Shown here piece by piece: positions 1 through 12,830 of a DNA stretch of 64,000 nucleotides; the first letter of the stretch is position 1; each line of letters opens with the position of its first letter. The translations under genes and the position numbers were made by a program. This DNA comes from Eledone cirrhosa (Eukaryota). The stretch spans positions 33,666,001 to 33,730,000 of the forward strand of contig OZ024753.1 of NCBI GenBank assembly GCA_964016885.1, read 5' to 3'. A model generated the notes under the pieces. That model was not told where the DNA came from and did no database searches. It saw only the letters and a list, made by a program, of their open reading frames with translations.

Positions 1-493
1 GTTGGAGGAATGCATTACATTAATTTAGTGATGATGGCAGTGGTGTTGGCTGCGTGTTTGGAGGGTCGCAATTCATTGATTGAGTATTGAGGTAATGGTA
101 GTGGTGGAGATGTGACTAGAAGAGATGAATTCATTGAATAATTATTGGGTTGAATGTGATTTCACCCGAATGAAACAGTTCTAGTCCTGTTGAAGCCATT
201 TCTATATTAAATATTTATACTCTGCTATGTATTGAGCACCTTACTGTGGTTACCCCCGATTGAACCCAGGATAAACATATATATATATATATCATCATCA
301 TCATCACGGACGTAAAACTGATGATGATGATGATATATATAATTTTGAGCATGTGTTGGTTGTTTACCAACACTTCAGTATGCAGGTTGGAGCACTCAAC
401 GAAGTGCGCAGGCTGGTCTGTTTACTCCGGAGTAATGTAAAAACAAGAAGTGTAAGTTAACAGAGTAAAATTAGCTTCATTTATTCATATTCC

Positions 494-550
494 CTGCTAT
501 ATATATTTCAGTGATAGCCATTATTCAACAGCTATGACCTCATCAGGCAG
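494..550 (-). ncRNA. Minimal type I hammerhead ribozyme (PLE pLTR)
   Basis: Minus strand reads ctgc CTGATGA ggt c atagctgtt gaat aatggctat c act GAAA tatata TA gcag. Stems I, II and III pair; the cleavage site is UA. Confidence 0.8.
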
Positions 551-1676
551 TAAGAATTTGAACACAAAAAAACAAGAAACAAAGTAATAGATTTTACCTT
601 GTTAATCCATTGATATGTTCAGATCCAGAGTGTGGTGTTAGTCCTCTAAGGAACTGAAAGCATATGTTTTAGAATGAATGAATTTCAGCACCCAAAGGAC
701 ATGACCTCACCCCGTTGGTCAGATATATTAGCTCCCCAGCTGAAAGTCTATTGAAATTCTTCCATCAGTTCTCCTAGAAACATGTCAACCTTTTACAGTT
801 GCTTTTAATTACATATATATTCTGTTCATAAGACCTACTTTCCTGTAGTGGTAGTGGTGTGAGCAGGTCATTTAGCTGGTCAATTACAATCCCCCTGTTG
901 TGGTGGTATTCAGGTTGTTGAGGAAGAATTAATGTAGGTAAACTGATATGGGTTCCTCTAGTGGTGTTAATGCTTCTCCATATCGTTAGGTCTTATAAGT
1001 GGGAGATGCTATAAATGTGTGTGTTAAAACAAATACATGTTAAAACAAATACTTGTTAAGAATTATAATCTGTATTTTAAACATTTAGTACACACCCGCA
1101 AATGTCCATCGGTGTACACCCATATAAAAATAAACATAAGTGCACCCATATCTACATCCACACATTGACATACATCCGTAGACATATATACACACACACA
1201 CACACACATAAGTACATACACGCAGTTATGTGGATACGCATACATGAACACAAACTCATATGTCCCCTCAGAGGGTGAGGAGAGAAGTAATAGGTGTGTC
1301 TTATTTACTTGTAATAGTTAGTACTGACTCTTGCGTGTCAAAGGGGTCAGGTTTGAGGTAGCATATCCTTCGGAGAATTGGATCACAGGCCGAGGTTGGG
1401 TGGTGAGGCCCGGTGGTCGGAAACGTGGGGTGCCTGGTTGCACACAGGGTAGGACTCTGCCGACGTATATCAGTTCGTTAATTAGCTAGTGTCTGCTAAC
1501 TTGGGTTCGAGTTAAGGAAGTGAGAAAGAAGGGTGGACCACAGCAGTGTTAGGCACGGTGCTAGCTACTAGATAAGTATGGTTCAGTGGTGTTAGAAGTG
1601 CTATTCGAGACGGGATGGGAGGGGGGAAAGGTAGGGGGTGAGGTTGGTGCCTTGGGGGCTCAGTGAGATGGGGCTG

Positions 1677-2180
1677 CTATCCACATAGCTTGAGGAAAGT
1701 TCCCATCCTATGGTGTCTACAGGTACCAAAGAAATCGGTGCTAAGGTTGATTAGATTACTCCCACCACTGAGTATCTCCAGTGTCTCATCCAGACAGAGG
1801 TTGAAGATGCCAGATCCCCCTCTGACTGGAGGTACCTCCTTAATCTTGGACCAGACCAAAGAGTATGGGGTCTTGTCCAACTTGAGCTTCCAGATCAGTT
1901 CAGAAAGAGCCATACTTTTTCCTTTTTTCTATTCTCATTGTATAGGTTGGAGTGGTCAATCCTTAAGACTAGTACAGGGTCCCTAGGTTGGTTGGAGTTC
2001 CTAGGGTCAGTCCTGGGCCCACCATTTACCCCATCATGGCTCTGCTGGGTGGCTATAGGATCAGCTGTTGACTTTCCAAACGTCCTAAGTCTATTCCTAT
2101 TGATATTAGCTGTGTTAGTCTACGCTGCGCATGGTGGAGTACAAAGAGCTTCCACCGTGTACCTATTGAAGATTTTGAAA
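1677..2180 (-). pseudogene. Decayed PLE linker plus GIY-YIG endonuclease C-terminus
   Basis: ALSELIWKLK..YSLVWSKIK..PP.RGGSGIFNLCLDETLEIL...NLIN..TDFFGTCRH matches the PLE C-terminal pattern (LSxxIWxLK...CxLCLxEK...LLN..E..CRH). Upstream FKIFNRYTV resembles the KIFNRNTVK linker. Frameshifts and stops are present. Confidence 0.75.
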
Positions 2181-2944
2181 GTCAACAGCTGATCCTATAT
2201 TCACACAGCAGAGACATGATAGGGTAAATGGTGGTCCCAGGACTGACCCGAAGAACTCCAACCAACCTAGGGACCCGTACTAGTCTGGACAAGACCCCAT
2301 ACACTTTGGTCTGATCCAAGATTAGGGAGGTACCTCCAGACGGAGGGGGATCTGGCATCTTCAACCTCTGTCTGGATGAGACACTGGAGATACTCAGTGG
2401 TGGGAGTAATCTAATCAACCTTAGGACCGATTTCTTTGGTACCTGTAGACACCATAGGACGGGAACTTTCCTCAAGCTATGTGGATAGCAGCCCCGTCTC
2501 ACTGAGCCCCCAAGGCACCAACCTCACCCCCTACCCCCCATCCCGTCTCGAATATCACTTCTAACACCACTGAACCATACTTATCTAGTAGCTAGCACCG
2601 TGCCTAACACTGCTGTGGTCCACCCTTCTTTCTCACTTCCTTAACTCGAACCCAAGTTAGCAGACACTAGCTAATTAGCGAAGTGATATACGTCGGCAGA
2701 GTCCTACCCTGTGTGCAACCAGGCACCCCACGTTTCCAACCACCGGGCCTCACCACCCAACCTCGGCCTGTGATCCAATTCTCCGAAGGATATGCTACCT
2801 CAAACCTGACCCCTTTGACACGCAAGAGTCAGTACTATCTATTACAAGTAAATAAGACACACCTATTACTTCTCTCCTCACCCTCTGAGGGGACATATGA
2901 GTTTGTGTTCATGTATGCGTATCCACATAACTGCGTGTATGTAC

Positions 2945-3005
<61 letters not shown>

Positions 3006-3195
3006 TATACGGATGTATGTCAATGTGTGGATGTAGATATGGGTGCACTTATGTTTATTTTTATATGGGTGTACACCGATGGACATTTGCGGGTGTGTAC
3101 TAAATGTTTAAAATACAGATTATAATTCTTAACAAGTATTTGTTTTAATATGTATTTGTTTTAACACACACATTTATCGCATCTCCCACTTATAA

Positions 3196-3594
3196 GACCT
3201 AACGATATGGAGAAGCATTAACACCACTAGAGGAACCCATATCAGTTTACCCACATTAATTCTTCCTCAACAAGCTGAATACCACCACAACAGGGGGATT
3301 GTAATTGACCAGCTAAATGACCTGCTCACACCACTACCACTACAGGAAAGTAGGTCTAATGAACAGAATATATATGTAATTAAAAGCAACTGTAAAAGGT
3401 TGACATGTTTCTAGGAGAACTGATGGAAGAATTTCAATAGACTTTCAGCTGGGGAACTAATATATCTGACCAACGGGGTGAGGTCATGTCCTTTGGGTGC
3501 TGAAATTCATTCATTCTAAAACATATGATTTCAGTTCCTTAGAGGACTAACACCACACTCTGTATCTCAACATATCAATGGTTTAACAAGGTAA
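3196..3594 (+). pseudogene. Decayed unknown ORF in the PLE, upstream of the hammerhead
   Basis: About 133 codons in one frame with 4 internal stops. The last 31 codons align without gaps to 37211-37303, with several synonymous third-position changes. Confidence 0.4.
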
Positions 3595-3616
3595 AATCTA
3601 TTACATTATGTTTTCC

Positions 3617-3794
3617 GGTGGATTGGCAGTATCTGTAGAGGGTCGGATGCCATGCTTTGTAGCACAGTTACGTCCCTTTACCAACTGAGTTCCCGCCAAG
3701 AATAACTTTGGTTTTCATCCTTACGGGGTCTATAAAATAAAGTACCAGTAATACACTGGGATAATTGCTGGCCTTGTGCCAAAAAGTAGAAACA
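3617..3794 (+). mobile_element. tRNA-derived SINE with Meta/MESC-like core and 12-bp TSD
   Basis: A-box-like TGGCAGTATCTGT head, core tttcatccttacggggtc..aaaataaagtaccag, tail gctggccttgtgcc..gtagaaacaatt. TSD attatgttttcc at 3605-3616 and 3795-3806. Confidence 0.9.
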
Positions 3795-3829
3795 ATTATG
3801 TTTTCCTGATTTTTCTGTTCCAGTTCTTA

Positions 3830-3872
3830 CTGCCTGATGAGGTCATAGCTGTTGAATAATGGCTATCACTGA
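3830..3872 (+). ncRNA. Truncated hammerhead ribozyme (right-arm copy)
   Basis: Identical to the 494-550 copy from ctgcCTGATGA through stem II, but the homology ends inside GAAA. Confidence 0.65.
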
Positions 3873-3938
3873 TAGCTCAAGGTTACGATGCATCGTCAGA
3901 CTTGTGGATTCTCAAATGAATGAAATTATATATATGTT

Positions 3939-3980
<42 letters not shown>

Positions 3981-3983
<3 letters not shown>

Positions 3984-4800
3984 AAATGGCCATGTTCGAT
4001 ATGCAGAAAACGAACTGGCATAAATTCTATAAAATGCACACAATCCAGATCCTGGGTACACAAGAGATGTAGCAGGATAGCAGGCAAACTAACAGGAAGG
4101 GCGAAATACGTATGCAGTAGATGTACAGGGAAATTAGACAGTAGAAGTCGCATTGATAGACACATTTTTCAAATGCAGGCGGGTGCTATAGAAGTGGTGG
4201 ATAGCTTCCTGTACCTAGGAGATCAGATTAGCATGGGAGGGGGGGTGTTGTTCCGAGGCCATGCTATCTAGAATAAGGACGGGTTGGAAGAAGTTTAGGG
4301 AGCTGCTTCCTCTGCTGACGAAAAAGGGTTTCTCCCTGCGTACGAAGGGCAGGTTATATGATGCCTGTGTGAGGAGCGCGATGCTGTATGGTAGTGAGAC
4401 ATGGGCAGCAACTGCAGAGGATGCGACGGCTGGAGAGAAATGAGGCAAGCATGCTCCGTTGGATGTGCAGTGTCAATGTGCGTGACCCAGCATGAATGTG
4501 TTGAGAGAGAAACTGTGTCTGAAAGGGATAGAATGTAGTGTGCGAGAGAGGAGACTGAGGTGGTATGGACATGGAGGATGACCGATGGGTGGAGGATGAC
4601 CGATGGGTGAAGAAGTACCAGGAAATGCACGTTGAAGGTGGACATGGTAGAGGCAGACCACGAAAAACATGGGCGGATGTGGTGAGGACCTCAGATCGCT
4701 GAAGCTCACGGTGGACCATGACAAGTGGAGAGATGCTGTGCTGATTAAGACCCGCCCCACCCTTGTAAGCAGGGAAAAGCAGACGTAAAATGATGATGAT
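3981..4800 (+). mobile_element. RTE-clade LINE 3' fragment, decayed
   Basis: Cys-rich CSICRK..NSIKC..WVHKRCS..CSRC segment, then DSFLYLGDQI, RIRTGWKKFRELLPLL..RLYDACVRSAMLYGSETWA and RRLRWYGH. Ends in gacgtaaaatgatgatgat. Frameshifted. Confidence 0.85.
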
Positions 4801-4831
4801 ATATATATATGAAGGTTTGTATCTGTATGTA

Positions 4832-4924
4832 TAGAGAGAGAGAGAGAGAGAGAGAGAGATAAAGAGAGAGAGATAAAGAGAGAGAGAGAGAGATAAAGAG
4901 AGAGAGAAAGAGAGAGAGAGATAA

Positions 4925-4980
<56 letters not shown>

Positions 4981-5048
4981 GGAGAGAGAAAGAAAGAGAG
5001 AGAGAGAAAGAAAGAGAGAGAGAGAGCGAGAGAGAAAGAGAGAAAGAG

Positions 5049-5080
<32 letters not shown>

Positions 5081-5162
5081 GGAGAGAAAGAGAGAGAAAG
5101 AGAGAAAGAGAGAAAGAGAGAAAGAGAGAAAGAGAGAAAGAGAGAGAAAGAGAGAGAGAAAG
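4832..5162. repeat. (GA)n/(GAGAAA)n purine tract
   Basis: Seen directly. Confidence 0.95.
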
Positions 5163-5719
5163 CGTGGGAGAGTAATATTATTCGCTGTTTAGAGATTTAT
5201 TTATAGCTATTTCTCAAATATTCATTCTTAACTATTAGACTTTTATTTGCACATTGCCTAAGTTTTTCTTCCGACAGTGTATTCATTTTCATCTTAATAC
5301 CTTGCATATATGTATCTCATTTCGTTTGTCATACTCTTTTTACTTCATTCACTATCTCTGCTTTCACTACATTACTGTCATCTCTCCCTCAGGTTTTGAG
5401 ATAAGCAATGAATAATAAGACTAGTATATGAAATCATAAGCCATATATGATGAGTTATTTGAAAACTAATATTTCATACAAATACATGCATATACATGTA
5501 TTATACTGAATAGAAGCATGTAATATCCTTGAATTCATGTTACTGTCTAAAATTATAAAATACAATTTGAAGCAGCCACAATATTAACTGAGTATATATA
5601 TATATATATATATATATACATACATACAAAAAAAAATAATAAAATACGCTACAAAAAAAAAAAAAAAAGAAAAAAAAAAAAAGAAAAAAAAAAAAATCAC
5701 TTCTGTTCTGCTTATGCCA

Positions 5720-5787
<68 letters not shown>

Positions 5788-5821
5788 TATATACATATAG
5801 AGAAACAAATATGCCATCCTG

Positions 5822-5898
5822 CAGCGCCAGCTTGAGATTGAACCTCTCACCACATTACGAAAGAATGAATACTCTTACCAACGAAGCTACCAGAGAAC
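5822..5898 (-). mobile_element. tRNA-like SINE head
   Basis: Minus strand ggtagcttcgttggtaagag...gaggttcaatctc gives A-box- and B-box-like motifs. No convincing full cloverleaf. Confidence 0.45.
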
Positions 5899-5982
5899 TT
5901 GCTGAAAGTTTTATATATTTAAAGTATTGAAACCTTAAATCTAGTTATTTAATTATAAATACGGAAAATGCAGGTGTAGAAG

Positions 5983-7710
5983 ATAGATAAAACTTCAAAA
6001 TAACCATAATATCCGATATTGTATTCAGAATAATGGTGTAAAATAAAAATTGACACCGGTTCAGGGATTTCACGTTACCCTTGTCCTCTTGATCCCACGA
6101 TAATTTGATGTTCAGATTAAAGAGAGGTGGGGAGTAAACTGTTTTATTTACTTATATCTAACAAGGAACAAGATGCGGGGAAAGAAATTATAAAAATTGC
6201 CGTCGTTAAAAAAGAAAAATTCAGCCATTACCCCTCCCAAGATGCAACAGTAGAGGTAAATACTTTGACGATTTAGCGACATCAGTTCCCCAAATTTCTC
6301 CGAGCCGAAATCTCAAGAACGATAACTCTGTTTTTACTTAATCGCAAAAATGGGTGCAAAAACAGTTTCAGCTGGCTTTTTATGTATGATGATTGTATGA
6401 ATATGTTAAGCGTGAAGACCGATTCTTAACTTAAATTTTAATCTGTTCTTATAATATATATATATTATTATAATATATAATATATATATATATAATTATA
6501 TATATAATTATTTAACACAAGATAAGGTATTTTGGAACGCGAGCCGCCAACAGACCTAATCGTGGAAAAACTGCATGCCTGGACAAAAATAAACCGAATA
6601 CTCTGATGGCTGGATAATATTAAGGATTTTCCTCGGTGAAGCAGGAAAAATGCAGGTTTTCACCTAGGGGATCAAGAAAATAAATTTTTTTATGCCTTGA
6701 AATTTCGGGACAAATCGGCTAGACGTAATGCCTCCAAAAAGCCCTAAAAAAGCTGAAAAAAAAGAATTTTTTTTTACCTAATGCCATAAAAAAGTTGGAT
6801 TTTTTTTGCTCGTGGTATGAAGAAGAGACTGACTAATACAGATACAATTTCAAGGAAATCTGTCTGACATAACGCCTAAAAAAACCCCTAAAAAGCTTAA
6901 TGCAGACCCCAGGAGATCAAAAAGTTGAATTTTTTCATTGCATAACGCTCCCTGAAACATAAGTAATACACATGTAAAGTTTGAAAAAAATCGGTTGAGT
7001 ACTTCGAGTTTTAGGGATTCAAACTCACACACAGGGAAGTGACGTAATGCAGACAGCCAGACGTACAGACAGATATTATAAGGGCGCGACCTTATATGTA
7101 TGTATCTATCTAAAAAGAGAAAGACTAAGAATTATAGAGAGAGATCGCTAAATCGCCTAATGCCGTCCCTAGGGCATTGAAAATTTGAATTTTCTTTTGC
7201 TGAGAACACTTCCTGAATCATAAGTATTATATGTGTAAAGTTTGAAAACAGTCGGTTTGGTGGTTCTCGAGTTTTAGGGATTCGAACTCACACACACACA
7301 CACACACAGATTTTTGCACCCATTTTTGCGATTAAGTAGAAACGGAGTTATCGTTCTTGAGATTTCGCTACAGAGAAATTTGGGGAACTGATGTCGCTAA
7401 ATCGTCAAAGTATTTACTTCTACTGTTGCATCATGGGAGGGGTAATGGCTGAATTTTTTGTTCTTAACGACAGCAATTTTTTGTTCTTAACGACAGCAAT
7501 TTTTTAAATTTCTTTCCCATCATCTTGTTCATTATTTGATATAAGTAAATAAAGCAATTTACTCCCCACGTCTCTTTAATCTGAACATCAAATTACCGTG
7601 GAGGCGAGGACAAGGGTAATATGAAATCCCTAAAACCGGTGTCGCAGTTAATTTTACACTATTATTCTCAAAACAATCGGATATTATGATTATTTTGAAG
7701 TTTTATTTAT
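5983..7710. mobile_element. Non-autonomous element with ~380-bp inverted arms (5983-6362 / 7310-7710)
   Basis: gatgttcagattaaagaga...tttagcgacatcagttccccaaatttctc...cttaatcgcaaaaatgggtgcaaaaa is mirrored at 7310-7710. Internal direct repeat 6905-7032 / 7165-7295 (aaagtttgaaaa..cggtt..gagttttagggattc.aactcacacac). Confidence 0.75.
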
Positions 7711-7732
7711 AAATCACTGTACACTCATACAC

Positions 7733-7790
<58 letters not shown>

Positions 7791-8141
7791 CTTGTGTGCC
7801 AGTGTTACCATAACACGCATTTAATCTTCTTTAAACAGCTCCAATTTCGTGTTTTAGAGAATGTGTTGAAATTTGCTCATCGGAATACTAATACTGTTTT
7901 ACAGAAGAATTGCTAATATATCTTGAAGGTAAAATAAAACGTCCAACGCTAAATTGCACGTAATTTGATATGTTACTACGTAAATCATGATTTGCTTGCT
8001 TAAGAGTTTTAATTTGTTCCAAGTAATAAAAAAGAAGGTATTTTAAGTAAACGGCTTTCCTGTTTTAAGTCAGAATACAATTTATATACAATTCATGTCT
8101 TACACAGTCTTTACACGAAAACAAATGTGAAGAAAATTAAT

Positions 8142-8317
8142 TGTTTCTACTTTTGGCACAAGGCCAGCAATTATCCCAGTGCATTACTGGTACTTTATTT
8201 TATTGACCCCGTAAGGATGAAAGGCAAAGTTAACCTCGGCGGGATTTGAACTCAGATCGTAAAGGGCCGTAACTCTGTGCTGCAAAGCATGGCGTCCGGC
8301 CCTCTACCGACACTGCC
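8142..8317 (-). mobile_element. tRNA-derived SINE with TSD
   Basis: Same family as 3617-3794. TSD aagaaaattaat at 8130-8141 and 8318-8329. Confidence 0.9.
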
Positions 8318-8376
8318 AAGAAAATTAATACCTGTAAAACGTATATGTGTGTGTGAAAGAGAGAGAGAGTTTTTGC

Positions 8377-8419
<43 letters not shown>

Positions 8420-8507
8420 CGTGTGTGTACATATATAATTATATGTATGTATACACATGCATATATGTACGAGCACGCATGAGTGAATCTGTTTTGAATA
8501 ACATGTA

Positions 8508-8553
<46 letters not shown>

Positions 8554-9028
8554 GACACACACATTTGTCGTCAAGTGTGTATACATAAAACAGGCCAAAA
8601 CTGAAATACTGTATATATTTTCATAGTTCTACTAATGGCTTTTAATTATAATTTCTTAATTAGCCGTGTTCTCTCTGGTTTTCTATGTATGTGTGTACTC
8701 ATGTATGTATTTAGGTGCATATATATGTATGTGTGTGTACATGTGAGCAAATAGACCTACAAGAAGTAAACAGAAAAAATTCTGATGAATGTAATTATAA
8801 TTATTGCGTTTGAAAATGGAAATTAAAAATTAGATTACACAGCTTTTTCAGATGGAAACAAATATGCAGAACAAACACGCATACACACACACATATACAC
8901 ATATTTGTATATATACACATATATATGTGTATATACACACATACATATGTGTGTATATACACACATACATATGTGTGTATATACACATATACACATACAT
9001 ACATATGTATATATATCTTGTACACACA

Positions 9029-9086
<58 letters not shown>

Positions 9087-10647
9087 GTGCTCATCACTGA
9101 TTCTAACAGCAATATGCCATTTCCGTTCATTTCACAATCTCGCAGAATTTTTAATGCTTAATCTTTTCTGTATTTATATTATTCTAACTTCCTTTTTACA
9201 CATTTCTATCCAAGGTGATAGAATAATGGATATCTACAAATCTTTATATTTAGTCTTGTGCCAAGGAAAATCTTACAGCTTAATTCTCATTATTTCCAAC
9301 TCTCACACATTAGTGGTGGTAACTCACACGTGAATACTTTGTTGAAAAAAGTAAAATATTTTCAGTTAGGATTGTTTTAGGAAGATCTATACATCACCAT
9401 CACACTCCGTTTGAAAAAGGAGCATTAAAACTGAAATAGCACGAAATATGAAGCAAGTCTCTAAACTGCGGTTTTGCATTGTATCTTTACTCTTACTCTA
9501 GTTTTCACTTCTGTATTCTTAACCAACTTTACCCAAGAAACCCTAACCAAATATTTGACAATTTTTCCAATAAACTATACTGCTTTGTAAAATATAACCT
9601 TCGAAATTCAAAAACATAAGGTTCAATGTGTTCTATATGCGATCTGGAGCTTCCGTCTAAACAGTTATCTACCATCCCAGAGTTGAAAAGATTTCAATTG
9701 CAATGTTAAAGAATGTTCTCACTCTAATGATTGATATATCCTTAGGTCTGGCTATACACCATGCTTGTCACTTTTTACATCAGCTTGCTCTTTATTTTTT
9801 TTAGAGCACACTCTCCAATGCAGATGATACAATTCATTCATTCATTCATAACCTTACACACACATTCATGACATTCTTTTACTGCTTTGGGCCTCCAAGA
9901 CAAGAGCGAGGAAATAGGGGAAGAGGAGAAGTACCCTCAAACCAGAGACCTAGTTTGAATGAAAGCAACAGAGTGGATTCAGCTAAAAGGCCCCTAAGTA
10001 CAATATAGAGTGTGTGTTAAATTGGCGACAGATTACCACCCAATAAGGTAATAGCTCAGTTTGAACATAGCATGCAAATAGACAAAACGAATAAGACAAG
10101 GTATATATATCCTCTGACATACAAATAATTCATTCTGTAAATTCATCGCGCCAGACTGGTGCAATAAACCACAATTCATTTAAAATTTGGGAGCAGATAT
10201 CCGAACAAGAGCGAAAATTTATGTGCCAAGACTGACTTTATATCTGTGAGTATAACTTATTTTGTCATTGATCTGTCTTAGCATTATGACACCAGAGCAA
10301 ACTATCACCACCATCTACTTTTTTTAAATCTTGAGTAACGAATATGATAGTAAATAATAAAATATAACTGGATAGGAATATCAAACTTTGACATTCATAG
10401 TTTCTATATATTTCAAACATCAAATTGCTACTCTACATGTGGTTTGACATTTGAAAGGATTGCAGCATATCTGGGAATTCTAAAAGTCAAAAATATCTTA
10501 ATGTCTTAGCATATACTGTTAAAAATAAGATTAATGAGGGTTTTCTTATAAGGAAATTATTTCCTACACACTCACATACATGCATATTTGTACACAAATA
10601 CACACACATTCACATATGCGTACATATATACATACATGCAGAAATTG

Positions 10648-10706
<59 letters not shown>

Positions 10707-11271
10707 ATGTGTAACATTGAATAGCTATCCAGTTCCAAATTGTAACATTTTCAAATACTAAAAGAGTAATAGATGTCAAATAGTCAGGTTTATACATTCT
10801 ACTTTGAAAATCTTACAGTAACAATATGCTCGTACAACCAGACACCACATACATACCCACTGTTACTCATATAAATATATGAATGTAGAAACAATATTCA
10901 CACACACACTATATATATATATATGTCATTTGAGATAAACTTAAAATAGATTGAACTATATCTTATGAATTAGAAGTATCCCTCTGTATGTATAGTGTGT
11001 AGAAATATTTATTTCTATGTAAACAGGTAAACTTATATACAAATAAATCCGTAAAACAATACCGGTAAAATTCAGATAAAATTAAAGAATTCAATACACA
11101 ATCAGTAGTGTAAACTTTCTTAAAGTAAGGCAACAGCATTATAAAGTAATATATTTGATTATAGAAAGAGAATCTCACACCTTTAGCTATCAATTCTATA
11201 ATTTAAATATACTGTAACTGAACACACTACTTTTAACATATAGGATGTTATTTTGATACAGTTTCCCCATC

Positions 11272-11327
11272 TAAACCCATGCTAGCGTGGAAGATAGACG
11301 TTAAACGACGATGATGATGATGATGAT
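11272..11327 (+). mobile_element. RTE LINE 3' terminus
   Basis: aacccatgctagcgtggaagatagacgttaaacgacgatgatgatgat resembles the RTE tail at ~4770-4800. Another tail remnant lies at ~306-333. Confidence 0.55.
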
Positions 11328-11922
11328 TTAGCAATTTAGATCAATGTCATTCTGTCCACCAGTATTCAGTGTTATTTAATATAATGCTAAATTTAGTGCA
11401 ACATTTTCTGAAACATCAGACATAGTGGTGCTTTATAAGTAAATAAATGAATGAATAAATAAATAAATAGAAGTTTTTAATCTTTCTAAATAATATAAAT
11501 ATATAATAATGTTAATTTAGGCTGTCATTTCTCATGAGTAATGTAGACATATTTCTCATTATGGACTACTAATTGACACAAATTTCTCAGAATTTTCTAG
11601 CAATGAAATATTTACACTTAAAATGATTATGTATGTCAAACATGTAGATGCTTTAGCAATATCCTGTCTTCTTAGTTATTAAATGTTCAACCTGTGTAAA
11701 TGGCTTTTTAATTATATATGCATACATATTAAATCCTAAACTTGAAGTAAGATAGACAAATATAACTGATTTTTTTTTACACAAATAATTTCTATATTTT
11801 TATCCCTTTTTTGAGATAGTTGTCACTTATGGCGTCTGTAAGACAGATTCTATTTCTACCCTATAACTTGTGACTTCAGCTAAAACACAAGGACACATTC
11901 ATAGATATTGTCTTGTGTGTGT

Positions 11923-12390
11923 GTGTTACAATTCTACCTATAGATGTCCACATGTAGGTGTTACAATTCTACCTATATATGTCCACATGTAGGTGTTACA
12001 ATTCTACCTATAGATGTCCACATGTAGGTGTTACAATTCTACCTATAGATGTCCACATGTAGGTGTTACAATTCTACCTATAGATGTCCACATGTAGGTG
12101 TTACAATTCTACCTATAGATGTCAACATGTAGGTGTTACAATTCTACCTATAGATGTCCACATGTAGGTGTTACAATTCTACCTATAGATGTCCACATGT
12201 AGGTGTTAAAATTCTACCTATAGATGTCCACATGTAGGTGTTAAAATTCTACCTATAGATGTCAACATGTAGGTGTTACAATTCTACTATATATGTCCAC
12301 ATGTAGGTGTTGGAACTCTACCTATATATGTCCACATGTGTGTGCATGTTAGAACTACCTATATATGTCCACATGTGGTAGAATTCTACC
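11923..12390. repeat. 35-bp minisatellite, ~13 copies
   Basis: Unit gtgttacaattctacctatagatgtccacatgtag; ttaca recurs at 11926, 11961, 11996 and onward. The last copies are degenerate. Confidence 0.95.
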
Positions 12391-12446
12391 TAAAAATCAG
12401 TTTTCAATGACTCAACATACTAAAAGAAGCACAACATAAGAAATAA

Positions 12447-12830
12447 GTGTTTCTATTTTTGGCACAAGGCCAGCAATTATCCTAGTGTATTACTGGTACT
12501 TTATTTTATCGACCCCGTACGGATGAAAGGCAAAGTTAACCTCGGCAGGATTTGAACTCAGATAGTAAAGGGCCGTAACTCTTTGCTGCAAAGCATGGCG
12601 TCCGACCCTCTACCGATACTGCCAAACCAATCATAATTCTTTCCAATATTGGCACAAGGTCAACAATTTGGAGGAGAGGGAAAATCAATTATATAGACTA
12701 GTACTTAACATGTACTCTATTCTAATGACCCCAGAAGAATGAAAGAAAGTTGACTTCAATGGGATTTGAAACCAGAATGTAAAGAGTGAGAACAATTATG
12801 GCTAAGCATTTGTCTGATGCTCTAACGATT
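12447..12830 (-). mobile_element. Two tandem SINE copies (young 12447-12630; older, longer-tail variant ~12640-12830)
   Basis: Family core and B box ggatttgaac seen on the reverse strand in both copies. Confidence 0.8.

Larger units (their letters stand above)
508..3872. mobile_element. Head-to-head inverted pair of 5'-truncated Penelope-like elements (arms ~508-2078 and ~2176-3872, ~100 bp spacer)
   Basis: The two arms are reverse complements at high identity (e.g. ggatcagctgttgactttc ~2059-2077 vs gaaagtcaacagctgatcc ~2177-2195). They carry a GIY-YIG C-terminal remnant, a KIFNRYTV linker remnant and a hammerhead at the distal end. The right arm lacks ~85 bp (left 1880-1965) and has a SINE insertion. 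Confidence 0.85.

Noticed and set aside
1663-2502. Paired ORFs MRWGCYPH.. / MRRGCYPH..
   Set aside because: Antisense frames of the PLE GIY-YIG remnant, duplicated by the inverted repeat.
5822-5898. Functional tRNA gene
   Set aside because: A and B boxes are present but the acceptor and anticodon stems do not pair well; treated as a SINE head.
11923-12390. CRISPR-like 35-bp repeats
   Set aside because: Units are contiguous with no spacers, there are no cas genes, and the context is eukaryotic.
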